DNA from: Sulfurovaceae bacterium
Lineage (GTDB): Bacteria; Campylobacterota; Campylobacteria; Campylobacterales; Sulfurovaceae
Reading direction: 5' to 3'
Assembly: GCA_016744805.1 (NCBI GenBank)
Contig: JADGDQ010000006.1
Span: 105 to 64,104 of the forward strand
DNA: 64,000 bases
In this document: positions 27,725 through 38,298 of the stretch, piece after piece
How the letters are laid out: each line of letters opens with the position of its first letter
How positions within the stretch are numbered: position 1 is the stretch's first letter
Translations under genes and position numbers: made by a program
Notes under the pieces: model-generated
Database searches by the model: none
What the model saw: only the letters and a program-made list of their open reading frames with translations
Told to the model about the DNA's origin: nothing

Positions 27725-28000
27725 TTACTCTTCGATAACTGCGCTATCTTTTTCGCCTCTATTTTCCATTGATGGCATACCATCTACAGTATCACCCCAT
27801 ACAATACATCCTTCAGTAGGACATGCTTCTGCACATGCAGGAACATCGTGATAACTCACACACTCAACACATTTATCAGCATACACATAATAAATCTCTT
27901 CACCTGTTGGGTTATCGTCCTCATCAACAATTGCTTCTACTGGACATTCATCAATACATGCCGCACAGTTAATACAAGTATCTGTAATAATTACTGCCAT
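27725..28000 (-). CDS. 2x[4Fe-4S] ferredoxin
   Basis: The Cys clusters are CINCAACIDECP and CVEC...CAEACP. The protein is small, 91 aa. Confidence 0.85.
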   Translation of the reverse strand: MAVIITDTCINCAACIDECPVEAIVDEDDNPTGEEIYYVYADKCVECVSYHDVPACAEACPTEGCIVWGDTVDGMPSMENRGEKDSAVIEE

Positions 28001-28071
28001 TTTTTCTCCTTAAAATCAAAGTTCTCAAAACTATATCTAAACTTATGTAAAATATTCTTTAACGATGAGAT

Positions 28072-29229
28072 TTATATTCCCAGATAGCTCTTAATCTCAT
28101 CTACACGGTCTAATTTTTCCCAACTAAACTCATCTTCTTCTCTACCAAAATGACCATACGCAGCTGTTTTACGATATATTGGACGCAAAAGATCCAAAGA
28201 ATCAATAATTCCTTTTGGAGTAAGATCAAAAAGAGCCTCTATACATGTTGTAATTTTATTTTCATCTACAGTTGATGTGCCATGTGTATCTACATAAATA
28301 GATACAGGAGCAGCAACACCAATAGCATAGGCTATTTGTATAGTGGCTTTTTGACATGCTCCTGATGCTACAAGATTTTTAGCTACATGTCTTGCTGCAT
28401 ACGCAGCACTTCTATCTACCTTGGTTGGATCTTTTCCAGAAAAAGCACCCCCACCATGTGGGCAAGAGCCACCATAAGTATCAACAATAATCTTTCTTCC
28501 TGTAAGTCCTGCATCTCCTTGAGGTCCACCAATAACAAATCGCCCTGTAGGATTAATATGATAAATAATATCATCAGACATAAGCTCCGCAGGAATAACA
28601 GCTTTTATAACTTCATTCAGTACTGCATCTTGAACCACCTCTAATGCAACATTATCATGGTGTTGTGTAGAGACAACAATAGTATCAATAGCTACTGGCT
28701 TATCATCTACATATTTTACACTTACTTGTGCTTTTCCATCAGGACGCAAAAAAGGAACTGTACCATTTTTTCTAACCTCTGCTAGTTTTGCTGTAATCTT
28801 ATGAGCTAATGAAATAGGCAAAGGCATAAGCTCAGGAGTCTCTTGACAAGCATAGCCAAACATCAACCCTTGATCCCCTGCACCTATCTCTCCACAACTT
28901 TTATCTACCCCTTGATTAATATCAGGACTCTGTTCACCTACACCATTTAAGATTCCTGCACTACGATAATCAAATCCATAAGCTGCGTCAGTATAGCCTA
29001 TCTCACGCACAACTTCTCTTGCTATATCTTGCATTGGTGCATAAGTATGAGTTTTAAGCTCTCCTGCAATTACACAGAAACCATTACTTAACATTGTCTC
29101 ACATGCTACGCGTGCATTTTTATCATTGGCTATAATATAATCAAGTATCGCGTCAGATATTTGATCTGCCATCTTATCAGGATGCCCTTCTGTTACAGAC
29201 TCACTAGTAAAAATATACTCTTTTGACAT
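28072..29229 (-). CDS. metK: S-adenosylmethionine synthase
   Basis: [36 protein letters not shown] and [16 protein letters not shown] are canonical MetK motifs. Confidence 0.97.
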   Translation of the reverse strand: MSKEYIFTSESVTEGHPDKMADQISDAILDYIIANDKNARVACETMLSNGFCVIAGELKTHTYAPMQDIAREVVREIGYTDAAYGFDYRSAGILNGVGEQSPDINQGVDKSCGEIGAGDQGLMFGYACQETPELMPLPISLAHKITAKLAEVRKNGTVPFLRPDGKAQVSVKYVDDKPVAIDTIVVSTQHHDNVALEVVQDAVLNEVIKAVIPAELMSDDIIYHINPTGRFVIGGPQGDAGLTGRKIIVDTYGGSCPHGGGAFSGKDPTKVDRSAAYAARHVAKNLVASGACQKATIQIAYAIGVAAPVSIYVDTHGTSTVDENKITTCIEALFDLTPKGIIDSLDLLRPIYRKTAAYGHFGREEDEFSWEKLDRVDEIKSYLGI

Positions 29230-29277
29230 TTTTAATTCCTTGAAAGTATTTTTTGTTTACTGTCACTAAACTTAAAG

Positions 29278-29309
29278 AAGTATCTTTTCACTTAAAGCAA
29301 AAGATACTT
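29278..29309 (-). terminator. Strong hairpin 9 nt downstream of the two-gene ATPase module
   Basis: A perfect 11-bp stem AAGTATCTTTT / AAAAGATACTT with a 10-nt loop is flanked by T/A runs. It separates ORF 29318-30043 from metK. Confidence 0.5.
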
Positions 29310-29317
29310 TTTTAAGG

Positions 29318-30043
29318 TTATTTAACTTTTATAATATAAGTGAAGTCTTTACTTATAGATGCTAAATTAATCAATCCACTACTCAATAAAATAATGACTT
29401 TATCTGTTTCTATATATCTATCATGAATATTTCTACCCCACTCTTCTCTATTAATACTCCACTCAGAGTAAATCGAGAGTAAATCATTCTCTCTATTTAT
29501 ATTCCAATCGTCTTGACAATAGATATTAATGTCAACTGCTTTTCTAGGTAAAATATTCAATAGTAATAGTTTATTAGTATCCCAACTATTACTGCTATAG
29601 TTTATTTTAGATAAATATCTATCATAAATACTTATCTCATTGGCATCTACTAATAAAGCCCTAATATGCTCTATTGCTTTATCTCTATCATCTCCACTTT
29701 TATAAGTAGCCGTAAAACTAACATCAACCTCATCATTTAAAATATTGATGTAAGGGTAAGGATAAGTTCCATCCTTACTATCTTTTGTAAGCATTATTTT
29801 CAATTTTGTACTTTCTATTAGTTCCTTTTCATTGACAAACCTACGAATTTTTACAAATCCTCCATCTACTAAAGACTTAATAAGTTCATCACTTAAGCCT
29901 ATATGTTCTTTTTGAGTCACTGACATTTTAAAGGGTTGTAAATATTTAAAAAGCTTTCGTATCGTCTCTTTATCGTACTTATTTATTTGTCCTCTTTGAA
30001 AAGCAATATATTCAGATATTAAGTCACAATGAAGAGCCAACAT
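29318..30043 (-). CDS. Uncharacterised partner protein with a C-terminal HKD-like (H-x-R-x4-D-x6-SSG) PLD/MIT_C-like motif
   Basis: The protein is 241 aa, and its ATG directly follows the stop of the ATPase gene. The C-terminus reads NIHDRYIETDKVIILLSSGLIN, and an earlier ISIYDRYLS element is present. I recognise no family for the N-terminal half. The DNA is very AT-rich. Confidence 0.6.
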   Translation of the reverse strand: MLALHCDLISEYIAFQRGQINKYDKETIRKLFKYLQPFKMSVTQKEHIGLSDELIKSLVDGGFVKIRRFVNEKELIESTKLKIMLTKDSKDGTYPYPYINILNDEVDVSFTATYKSGDDRDKAIEHIRALLVDANEISIYDRYLSKINYSSNSWDTNKLLLLNILPRKAVDINIYCQDDWNINRENDLLSIYSEWSINREEWGRNIHDRYIETDKVIILLSSGLINLASISKDFTYIIKVK

Positions 30044-31303
30044 CTAACAATCATTTCCTAAAGAATAAATATCTTCTAGTGTTGCATCATAAAAACCCTT
30101 TGGAAATGGTGTTTTAAATTCTCCACAAGAATTAATTTCTATTTTTTTAAATTTACTATTTTTCTTTTTATAATAAACAACTACATCTTCTGCTTTAATA
30201 TCCTTATTAGAAATTAAAAATCTTAGTTTATTAAGAATATGGTCACTATGTGTTTCAATAATTGTAAAATTATTTTTTGGTCTATCTTTAGCAAAAAGTG
30301 CTTCCATAAATCTTGCTTGTGATTGAGGGTGAAGATTAAGTTCAGGTTCCTCAATAATTGTAAGTCTATATTTATCTATATTTTGTTTTTCACGGTTCAA
30401 TGCAAATTGTGTAAGTATTGGTATCGTAGAACTAATAGAACTTCCAAACATTTTCAACTGTAACTCTTTCTTATCAAGTTTTAAAAAAAGTTCTTGTTTT
30501 GATTTATCTACTATCAAATTATAATCAAAAATATGACTAATTGACTCTTCTAAAAATTTTGTATCATATAAATTTAATGCTCTATCTTTATACTTCTCTC
30601 CAAAATATCCTATATAATCAAGATTATAATCATAACTTGCATTTTGTTTTTCAATCATTCCAATATGTCTAATAGAAGTAAGATTTTCTACTAAAACATC
30701 TAAAGGCTTTAATATAAATTTAATTGTTTCTTGTATCTCGTTAAATCTATTAACAAGCTCTTTTTCAACTGAAGTATTCTCTCCTGATAATAAAACTCTT
30801 GTCATCATTTTTAAATTTGTAATTATTTTAAATTTATCAGCTGAATTAGTTAAATACTGATATATCGCTTTGTCATTATTAAATATCTCTTCTATGTTTA
30901 CTTTATATTCTAAAGACTCTTCATTTTGAAGTTCAAGATAAAGTTTCATATCTTGATTATCTATATCTATTCTTTTTAATATTCCATATTCATTATCTGT
31001 TTTATCATCAATATAAGTTAAAGTTAGTTTAGTATTATTTTCTGTAACCTCAAAAGAAAATATAACCTCATCACCCTTATCTTTAAAACTATTATTATCT
31101 CCTAATTCAGAAAAAGGATTATTATATTTTATTCTCTGAATATTATTACCAAAAGTTTTACTTACATTTAAAAGAGATAATCCTTGAAGCATTGATGACT
31201 TACCGCTAGAATTTTCACCCATTATTATAGTAATTGGTTTTATCTCTATACTATCAAACTCTTGAATAGCTTTGATATTTTTACAACCAAATTTTGTAAT
31301 CAT
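30044..31303 (-). CDS. ABC/OLD-type AAA_21-like ATPase (possibly DUF3696-type)
   Basis: Motifs are Walker A GENSSGKSS (aa 29-37), Walker B/D-loop LTIIEEPELNLHPQ and H-loop ETHSDH. The short C-terminal tail is GEFKTPFPKGFYDATLEDIY. Its ATG directly follows the dxs stop. Confidence 0.75.
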   Translation of the reverse strand: MITKFGCKNIKAIQEFDSIEIKPITIIMGENSSGKSSMLQGLSLLNVSKTFGNNIQRIKYNNPFSELGDNNSFKDKGDEVIFSFEVTENNTKLTLTYIDDKTDNEYGILKRIDIDNQDMKLYLELQNEESLEYKVNIEEIFNNDKAIYQYLTNSADKFKIITNLKMMTRVLLSGENTSVEKELVNRFNEIQETIKFILKPLDVLVENLTSIRHIGMIEKQNASYDYNLDYIGYFGEKYKDRALNLYDTKFLEESISHIFDYNLIVDKSKQELFLKLDKKELQLKMFGSSISSTIPILTQFALNREKQNIDKYRLTIIEEPELNLHPQSQARFMEALFAKDRPKNNFTIIETHSDHILNKLRFLISNKDIKAEDVVVYYKKKNSKFKKIEINSCGEFKTPFPKGFYDATLEDIYSLGNDC

Positions 31304-33124
31304 CTATATCCTTTGTGTCACTCTTTGAGCCAACTGCTCTGGCAGTCTATTTAAAGACTCCTCCACTAAAGTTGTATTTCCATGTGTAATAAAGTTATCT
31401 TCATACTCAAATGATGTTATATCTATACCTTGTATCCTATTTTCACTTACAAATTCTAAGAGAGCAGAGGCTACTCCACCCATTTTTGCACTATCACTAA
31501 AGACAAACCATTGTGTATAAGTTAAAGAGAGTTCTTTTAGTTTCTCTTCATCTAATGGCTTCACAAAACGCAAATCTAAGATGGCTATCTCTTGGTCTAT
31601 AAGTTTGGCTGTCTCTATGGCTTTGCCTACACCATCTCCATAGCCTATAAAGAGTATCTCTTTGCCCTCTTGGAGAAGATGAGCCTCTCCTAGAGTGTAT
31701 GCTGGTACTTTGCTATCAGGGGCGGTAAATGCTCCACGAGGATAACGCAAAGCACAAGGATGCGAATACTCTTTTGCAAACTCCATAGCCTCTTTCATAC
31801 TATTTTCATTATATGGGGCTAAAAGTGTCATATTAGGAATAGCTCTTAAAAATGATATATCAAAAATACCTTGATGTGTCTCTCCATCTTCTCCTACTAT
31901 TCCTGCTCTATCTATTGCAAAAGTTACACCCAAATCCATAAGTGCCACATCATGAATTACCTGATCATAGCCTCTTTGCAAAAAGGTAGAGTAGATGGCA
32001 CAAAATGGTTTAAAGCCCTCTTTTGCTAATGCACCCATAGAGGTTACGGCATGTTGTTCTGCTATGGCTACATCCCAAAATCTATCAGGATACTTCTCCA
32101 TCACTGCACTCATTCCTGTACCACTTGGCATAGCAGCAGTAACACCCACTACCTTATCATCACTATCTGCTAAATCAATCATGGTTTCACTAAAGATAGT
32201 TGTAGCAGGTTTTGAGCTACTCTTTTTATTACTTTTTCCTGTCTCTAAATCAAAAGCACTTACACCATGCCAATGCTCCTTTGTCCCTTCTGCTATCTCG
32301 TACCCTTTACCTTTGGTTGTTTGAGTATGTATAATCACAGGGCGACCAAGGTTTTTGGCTATCTCTAGGGTCTCAATAAGGTCTTCAATATTATGTCCAT
32401 TTACAGGACCTATATACTCTAGTCCTAACTCCTCAAAAAGTAGCCCAGGAGTAATAAGCATTAAGGACTCTTCAAATCGTTTTGCCATATAGGTAGCACC
32501 TTCAGGAAGGTGTTCTAATAGGTGAGCTGTGCCTCTTTTCATCTTTTGAAAAAAAGGACTTGCCATACTTTGTGAAAGATATTTACTCACAGCTCCTATA
32601 GGCTTGGCTATACTCATTTCGTTATCATTGAGTATAATAACAGCAGGATACTTACTATCACCCATCTCATTGAGTGCTTCATAGACCATTCCTGCACTCA
32701 TGCTTCCATCACCAATAAATGCTACGGGGATTCTCTCTTCACCTTTGAGTTTAATAGCTTTTGCTGCACCCATGGCTAACGATATAGAGGTTGAGCTATG
32801 CCCTGAACAGTAGTAATCATACGATGACTCACTAGGCTTAGTATAACCACTTATCCCTCCAAATTGACGCAGAGTATCAAACCTATCCCATCTATCTGTT
32901 AAGAGTTTATGAGCATACGCCTGATGACTTACATCAAAAATAAAAGGGTCTTTTTTTGCATCAAAAACAAAATGCATGGCTACAATAAGGTCAGTAGCCC
33001 CCAAAGTAGAACTTAAGTGACCACCATTTTTACTCACTGTTTCTAATATTTTATTACGAATTTCACTAGCTATTCCCTCTAGCTCCTCTATATTACAAGA
33101 TTTTATATTTTCATATCTATTCAT
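31304..33124 (-). CDS. dxs: 1-deoxy-D-xylulose-5-phosphate synthase
   Basis: GGHLSSTLGATDL, the TPP motif GDGSMSAGMVYEALN and the full 606-aa length resemble Dxs. Confidence 0.96.
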   Translation of the reverse strand: MNRYENIKSCNIEELEGIASEIRNKILETVSKNGGHLSSTLGATDLIVAMHFVFDAKKDPFIFDVSHQAYAHKLLTDRWDRFDTLRQFGGISGYTKPSESSYDYYCSGHSSTSISLAMGAAKAIKLKGEERIPVAFIGDGSMSAGMVYEALNEMGDSKYPAVIILNDNEMSIAKPIGAVSKYLSQSMASPFFQKMKRGTAHLLEHLPEGATYMAKRFEESLMLITPGLLFEELGLEYIGPVNGHNIEDLIETLEIAKNLGRPVIIHTQTTKGKGYEIAEGTKEHWHGVSAFDLETGKSNKKSSSKPATTIFSETMIDLADSDDKVVGVTAAMPSGTGMSAVMEKYPDRFWDVAIAEQHAVTSMGALAKEGFKPFCAIYSTFLQRGYDQVIHDVALMDLGVTFAIDRAGIVGEDGETHQGIFDISFLRAIPNMTLLAPYNENSMKEAMEFAKEYSHPCALRYPRGAFTAPDSKVPAYTLGEAHLLQEGKEILFIGYGDGVGKAIETAKLIDQEIAILDLRFVKPLDEEKLKELSLTYTQWFVFSDSAKMGGVASALLEFVSENRIQGIDITSFEYEDNFITHGNTTLVEESLNRLPEQLAQRVTQRI

Positions 33125-33141
33125 ACTATTATCTTATTTAT

Positions 33142-34239
33142 TTAGAGTGAAGAAGTATTTGTAAAAACTTCAAAGAAGCGACTGTTTTGCTTGGCTGTTC
33201 CTACAGTTATTCTAATAGCATTCATCCCATAAGATGCTAAATTACGAATAATTACTCCTTGTTCTAAAAGAGCATTTGAAACTACAGTAGAATCAAATCT
33301 ATCATCAAATAAATAAGTAATAAAGTTTGTATAACTATCTATAAATTCAATATTATGACTGTTTGCAAACTCTTCATATCTTATAATCTCTTCTTGGTGT
33401 AAAATAATAGAATCAGCTACAAAACTTTCATCTTTTAATGCCTCTATGGCTGAGAGTAGAGAGAGTGTAGTAATATTAAATGGTGGACGGAGCTTGGAGA
33501 GTATTTGAATTAACGCTTTATTTGCAATACCATACCCTACACGCATTCCTCCAAGCCCATAGGCTTTAGAGAAAGTTCCTAAATAGATTACATTAGGCTC
33601 ATCCAAAATATTTTGAGGAACAATAGAGTATTTCTCATCCTTAGCTGAAGCATATTCCATATATGCACCATCTACTACAATAAGAGTCTCTTTATCTATA
33701 GCATTGATTATCTTAAATAAATTTTCTTTACTTATTGCATCACCAGTTGGGTTATTGGGTGTACAGATATAGACTATTTTAGGTTTATGTTCTTTATATG
33801 ATGCTATAAATTCATCTACCTTATGCTCATAGCTAGGTGTACGAATAATAGTTGCACCCATCTGTTTTGCATAAATTTCATACATAGCAAAAGTAACTTG
33901 ACTCATCAATACTTTACTCTCTTCATCTAAAAATGCCCGAGAGATAAACTCTAATACTTGGTCACTTCCTGCACCTATAATAATATTTGAAGGAGTTATA
34001 GTATATTTAGAAGAAAGAGCCTCTTTCAGTTCGTACATACTATCATCAGGATAGAGGTGTGCTTTATAAGCATTTTCTTTAATTGCGTTTGCAACTGCAA
34101 GACTTGTACCCTTTGGATTCTCATTAGATGCTAGCTTTACAACATCTTTTGCCTCTATACCAAACTTACGAACAACCAATTCAATAGGTAATCCAGCTTC
34201 ATAATTTTTGATAGAGTCTAATACTTTATTAGCTTTCAT
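33142..34239 (-). CDS. hisC: Histidinol-phosphate aminotransferase
   Basis: [18 protein letters not shown] and the PLP-Lys context [15 protein letters not shown] are present. Confidence 0.9.
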   Translation of the reverse strand: MKANKVLDSIKNYEAGLPIELVVRKFGIEAKDVVKLASNENPKGTSLAVANAIKENAYKAHLYPDDSMYELKEALSSKYTITPSNIIIGAGSDQVLEFISRAFLDEESKVLMSQVTFAMYEIYAKQMGATIIRTPSYEHKVDEFIASYKEHKPKIVYICTPNNPTGDAISKENLFKIINAIDKETLIVVDGAYMEYASAKDEKYSIVPQNILDEPNVIYLGTFSKAYGLGGMRVGYGIANKALIQILSKLRPPFNITTLSLLSAIEALKDESFVADSIILHQEEIIRYEEFANSHNIEFIDSYTNFITYLFDDRFDSTVVSNALLEQGVIIRNLASYGMNAIRITVGTAKQNSRFFEVFTNTSSL

Positions 34240-34250
34240 TAGTTTCCTTT

Positions 34251-35309
34251 TTATATATCATCTGCCTCTTTAACATAAGAGCCTAAAAATTTAATTGAAT
34301 CTGAATATTTTGTAAAAATATTCTTGATATGTTCATCCTCTTTATGTCCTGCAAACTCTAAGAAAAATGTAGAGATTCCACCTACAATATGTGATTTAAT
34401 CTTAGTTAAATTAATATTTACTGCTTCAAAGTCATTCAAAAAAGCAACTAATGCTCCTGGTTTATTAGGAAGTTGTACCAATATAGAAGTTTTATCATTT
34501 TGGCTTGGTGCATTTTCAAAATTACTTACAATAAAAAATCTTGTTCTATTATTACCATTATCTTCAATATTTTGAAATAGAGTAGGAATATTATACATAG
34601 TAGCTGCAACATCCGAACAGATAGCAGCACTACCTTTATTCTCTTTTGCTAATCTTGCTGCCTTGGCTGTAGATTCTACAGGAATATGTTCTACTTCATC
34701 TAAGCCAAAATCATCAAGAAATTTTTGACATTGTGCAAAAGCAATATCTTTTGAATAGATTCTTTTAATAGTTTTAATATCTTCACATGGTGTTGCTAGT
34801 ACATGATGAATATCTATAACAACTTCTGCAATAATTTTTAAATCATAATCACTTAAACAATGAATAGTATCACTAACAATTCCATTAGAGCTATTTTCTA
34901 TAGGAATTACACCAAATCTTGCTTTGCCACTATCAACTTCACGAAACACACCCTTAATAGAGCCTATAGATAAATAAGAACTCATAGCTCCAAAGCGACT
35001 CTCTGCTGCTTGATGTGTAAAACTCGCTTCTGGACCTAAGTAAGCAATTCGTTCAGGAAGCTCAAGGTTTCTAGCCACAGCAAAAAGTTCTAAAAATAGT
35101 GCATCTATAGCACTATCTGTTAACTTCCCTCTATTATTATCTTTTAGGCGATTGAGTATAGACTGCTCTCTTTCTGGTCTATAAATAGGTGCACCTGTTG
35201 TATTTTTGAGTTCCCCTACACTATGAACAAACTCCATTCGTTCATTAAGTAACTCCAAGAGAGTATCATCAATACGGTCTATATTTTCTCTAAGCTTATT
35301 GAGTGCCAT
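34251..35309 (-). CDS. pheA: Bifunctional chorismate mutase / prephenate dehydratase
   Basis: The domains are an N-terminal CM ([20 protein letters not shown]), a PDT domain ([15 protein letters not shown]; TRF) and a C-terminal ACT domain. Confidence 0.9.
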   Translation of the reverse strand: MALNKLRENIDRIDDTLLELLNERMEFVHSVGELKNTTGAPIYRPEREQSILNRLKDNNRGKLTDSAIDALFLELFAVARNLELPERIAYLGPEASFTHQAAESRFGAMSSYLSIGSIKGVFREVDSGKARFGVIPIENSSNGIVSDTIHCLSDYDLKIIAEVVIDIHHVLATPCEDIKTIKRIYSKDIAFAQCQKFLDDFGLDEVEHIPVESTAKAARLAKENKGSAAICSDVAATMYNIPTLFQNIEDNGNNRTRFFIVSNFENAPSQNDKTSILVQLPNKPGALVAFLNDFEAVNINLTKIKSHIVGGISTFFLEFAGHKEDEHIKNIFTKYSDSIKFLGSYVKEADDI

Positions 35310-35321
35310 TGTAACTCCTTT

Positions 35322-36554
35322 TTACTTTTTTTCTTGCCAACTTGTATCACATGCTACTTCTAATCTAATTTGATCTTCAAAACTCTCTCGTTGTCTAATT
35401 AAATAATCTTTACCATCAAATATTGCTACCTCAGCACTACGACCACGAGTATTATAATTACTTGACATAGTAAAACCATACGCTCCTGCACTATGCACAA
35501 TAATTAAATCATTATGCTCCAAAAGAGGAAGTGGAACATCTTTACCAAAGAAATCACCACTTTCACAAATAGGTCCTACCACATCTGCTGGTACCATCTC
35601 TTCATCTGAAGGCTCTACAAAAGCTTCTATTTTATGATATGCATTATATAAACTTGGACGAATCAGGTCATTCATAGCACCATCTACAATAACAAATCGT
35701 TTTCCATCATTACTTTTTTCATACAGTACTTTGGTAACAAATATCCCAGCATTTGCCAACATATATCTGCCTGGTTCACATACAAGAGTTATATCTAAGC
35801 CTTTTGTTGCTTCAAAAAGTACGCTTGCATACTCTTCAGGAGTAATTGTTATTTCATTATCATACACCACACCAATACCACCACCAACATCAAAAAATTT
35901 AATATCAATTTTAATAGCTTTTAAACTGCGAACTAAATCAGCAACAATAATAGCCGATTCTTTAATGGGTTCTAATTGAGTAAGTTGTGAACCTATATGA
36001 AAATGAATACCAATAGGAGTAAGATATTGAGATTTTTTAGCATAAATATACATCCCTTTAGCCACATCTATATCTACCCCAAATTTATTCTCATGTAAGC
36101 CTGTAGAGATATAGGGGTGTGTTTGTGGATCAATATTAGGATTCACACGAATAGAAATACGAGCCACAAGATCTAGCTCTTTTGCCATAAGCTCTACTCT
36201 TTTCATCTCTGCTTGACTCTCTAGATTTATCATCAAGATACCTTTTTGCAAAGCTTCTCGTATCTCATCATCTTTTTTACCAACACCAGAAAATATAATC
36301 TTATATGGCTTAATACCTGCTTCTAATGCTCGATTAACCTCACCAATACTTACACAGTCTGCACCAGCACCTTCATTTGCCAAATGGCGAATAACTGCTA
36401 AATTTGAGTTAGCTTTAATAGCGTAAGAGATAAGAGATTTTTTACCTTCAAAAGCCTCTTTTAGACTTATATATCTATCAGTAATAGCATTAAAATCATA
36501 AAGGTAGAGAGGTGTATTATATTTAGCTACTAGTTCTTTGAGGTCTATATGCAT
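35322..36554 (-). CDS. lysA: Diaminopimelate decarboxylase
   Basis: The PLP-Lys context YAIKANSN, the FDVGGGIGV motif, CESGD and the overall sequence resemble LysA. Confidence 0.93.
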   Translation of the reverse strand: MHIDLKELVAKYNTPLYLYDFNAITDRYISLKEAFEGKKSLISYAIKANSNLAVIRHLANEGAGADCVSIGEVNRALEAGIKPYKIIFSGVGKKDDEIREALQKGILMINLESQAEMKRVELMAKELDLVARISIRVNPNIDPQTHPYISTGLHENKFGVDIDVAKGMYIYAKKSQYLTPIGIHFHIGSQLTQLEPIKESAIIVADLVRSLKAIKIDIKFFDVGGGIGVVYDNEITITPEEYASVLFEATKGLDITLVCEPGRYMLANAGIFVTKVLYEKSNDGKRFVIVDGAMNDLIRPSLYNAYHKIEAFVEPSDEEMVPADVVGPICESGDFFGKDVPLPLLEHNDLIIVHSAGAYGFTMSSNYNTRGRSAEVAIFDGKDYLIRQRESFEDQIRLEVACDTSWQEKK

Positions 36555-36649
36555 CTATGTTTTCCTAATATTCATCTTTTTTGAAGATGATTTTACCTAA
36601 AAGTTGCATGATTTATGATTAGCATCTTAAAAGTATACAGAAATAGTTA

Positions 36650-37729
36650 CTAGATGGTCTCTTTATTATCAAAGAAAATTCTCAAAGCATAGACCCAAAG
36701 AAGAAGTATAGGCAAGGCAACTGCTATTTCAGGAGCTAAAACACCATTTTGTCCCATCTGATTGAGTGCAAACAAAAGCCCCCAGACCAAAAAAGTCACA
36801 CCCAAAGAGAATGCTAATACCAAAGCTATATTCATATACCTAGCATGAAAAGGAATTTTAAAAAATAAAATCAAAAGTAGTGCTATAGAAAAAAGAGGAA
36901 AGAGTATCTTATAATAAATAGTTGAACGAAGTTTATTAGTATTTAAATTTTGAGAATCCAAAAGCTTCCATGCACTAAAAGTATCAATCATATTAAGAGC
37001 TTTTCCCTCCTGTATTGATTCTATAATTTTAGGCTCATATCCTATAAGAGTCAGTAACTCATCTTTATGTTCTACTTCATATCTTTGCAAAGAGTGTTTA
37101 TCATAAATCAGTCTACGAATAGAAATATCTTTAGCCAACCATCCTTCCCCTGTAAAATGAGCCTCTTTTGCATTAATAGTATAACTTAAATCTCTTCCAA
37201 TAAGTTCAAAAAGTACCAAATCTTCCATAGTTTTATTCAAAGGATCAAGGTTTTTAGCATAAACAAAAGTTCCTTTGTATATAAAAAAAAGATCTTCTAC
37301 CGCATAAGTATCTAGCCCTTGCTGAAGCATTGCAGTAGCTCTATCTTTGGCATAAGAAAATTCAGTAGTATGGAGGTAGCTAAAAAGTAGATAAATAGAA
37401 GTTGAGACTATAAAAAAAGGTAAAAATAGTTGTCTTTTTGTATATCCAAAACTATGTAATATAACCATATTACTGTTTTTAATAAGATATACTTTGGTCA
37501 TAATTCCTGCAAATATAATTGCAAGCGGATAGAGCAGAGTAAGTGCCTCTTGCCACATATAAAAGAGATACAAAATTTTGTAGTTAGAAGAGACCTCCAA
37601 CTGTTCTGAATGCTGAAAATAATCAATCATTGAGAATGCCAAAGATATACCCATTAAAAGAGCAATAAAGTTAATAAAATAATGCTTAGCTAAATAGCGA
37701 AAGCTTAGTCTTGGTCTAAAGAGACTCAT
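36650..37729 (-). CDS. LptF/LptG-family LPS export permease
   Basis: The topology is YjgP/YjgQ-like (3 TM, a periplasmic beta-jellyroll, then 3 TM), and the protein is 359 aa. I cannot distinguish F from G. Confidence 0.7.
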   Translation of the reverse strand: MSLFRPRLSFRYLAKHYFINFIALLMGISLAFSMIDYFQHSEQLEVSSNYKILYLFYMWQEALTLLYPLAIIFAGIMTKVYLIKNSNMVILHSFGYTKRQLFLPFFIVSTSIYLLFSYLHTTEFSYAKDRATAMLQQGLDTYAVEDLFFIYKGTFVYAKNLDPLNKTMEDLVLFELIGRDLSYTINAKEAHFTGEGWLAKDISIRRLIYDKHSLQRYEVEHKDELLTLIGYEPKIIESIQEGKALNMIDTFSAWKLLDSQNLNTNKLRSTIYYKILFPLFSIALLLILFFKIPFHARYMNIALVLAFSLGVTFLVWGLLFALNQMGQNGVLAPEIAVALPILLLWVYALRIFFDNKETI

Positions 37730-38298
37730 TGAAGTAAAACTTCTATGTTTTTAAGACTATAACGAGACTTTATCTTCTCTAATGGTTCTTCTATAAGCAG
37801 TTGACACGGTTTGAGTACATGTTCTATCCATCTATCTAGCACAGCACTCTGATCTTGAGTAAAATCACTTAATACAAAATCTGCTACTTGTGATCTATGC
37901 AGAGGTTTATCTATCCCCATACGAACACGAGTATACTCTTTAGTAATCATACTATCTATAGATTTTAATCCATTATGACCGCCATGACCACCACCCTTTT
38001 TAAAACGCACCGCACCAAAAGGTAGATCTAAATCATCATGAATAACGATGATATTATCAATCTCTACTTTATAAAAATTTTTTACAGCTTGTACACTTTT
38101 ACCTGATAAATTCATATAAGTTGTGGGTTTTAAAAAAAGTAAATTATTAGACTTGTAGAGTACTCCATCAAAAGAGTTTTTGGATACATCTCTAGCTTTA
38201 TAGTGATTGATAAGTGCATCAATCACCAAAAAGCCAATATTGTGACGATTATTTTCGTAAGTAGTTCCAGGATTTCCTAGACCGACGAAAAGAGTCAT
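37726..38298 (-). CDS. pth: Peptidyl-tRNA hydrolase
   Basis: VGLGNPG...YENNRHNIGF and GGHGGHNGLKS are present. Confidence 0.95.
   Translation of the reverse strand: MTLFVGLGNPGTTYENNRHNIGFLVIDALINHYKARDVSKNSFDGVLYKSNNLLFLKPTTYMNLSGKSVQAVKNFYKVEIDNIIVIHDDLDLPFGAVRFKKGGGHGGHNGLKSIDSMITKEYTRVRMGIDKPLHRSQVADFVLSDFTQDQSAVLDRWIEHVLKPCQLLIEEPLEKIKSRYSLKNIEVLLQ

Noticed and set aside
29230-31303. A mobile-element origin of the ATPase/PLD-like module (integrase, transposase, att repeats).
   Set aside because: No recombinase ORF is present, no flanking direct or inverted repeats are visible, and no tRNA is adjacent. Only the composition and the interruption of the biosynthetic run suggest horizontal acquisition.
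36572-36594. The hairpin TCATCTT-ttttg-AAGATGA followed by TTTT between lptF/G and lysA, considered as a terminator.
   Set aside because: The U-tract is on the plus strand while both flanking genes are on the minus strand. The stem is short and AT-rich, so function is unclear.
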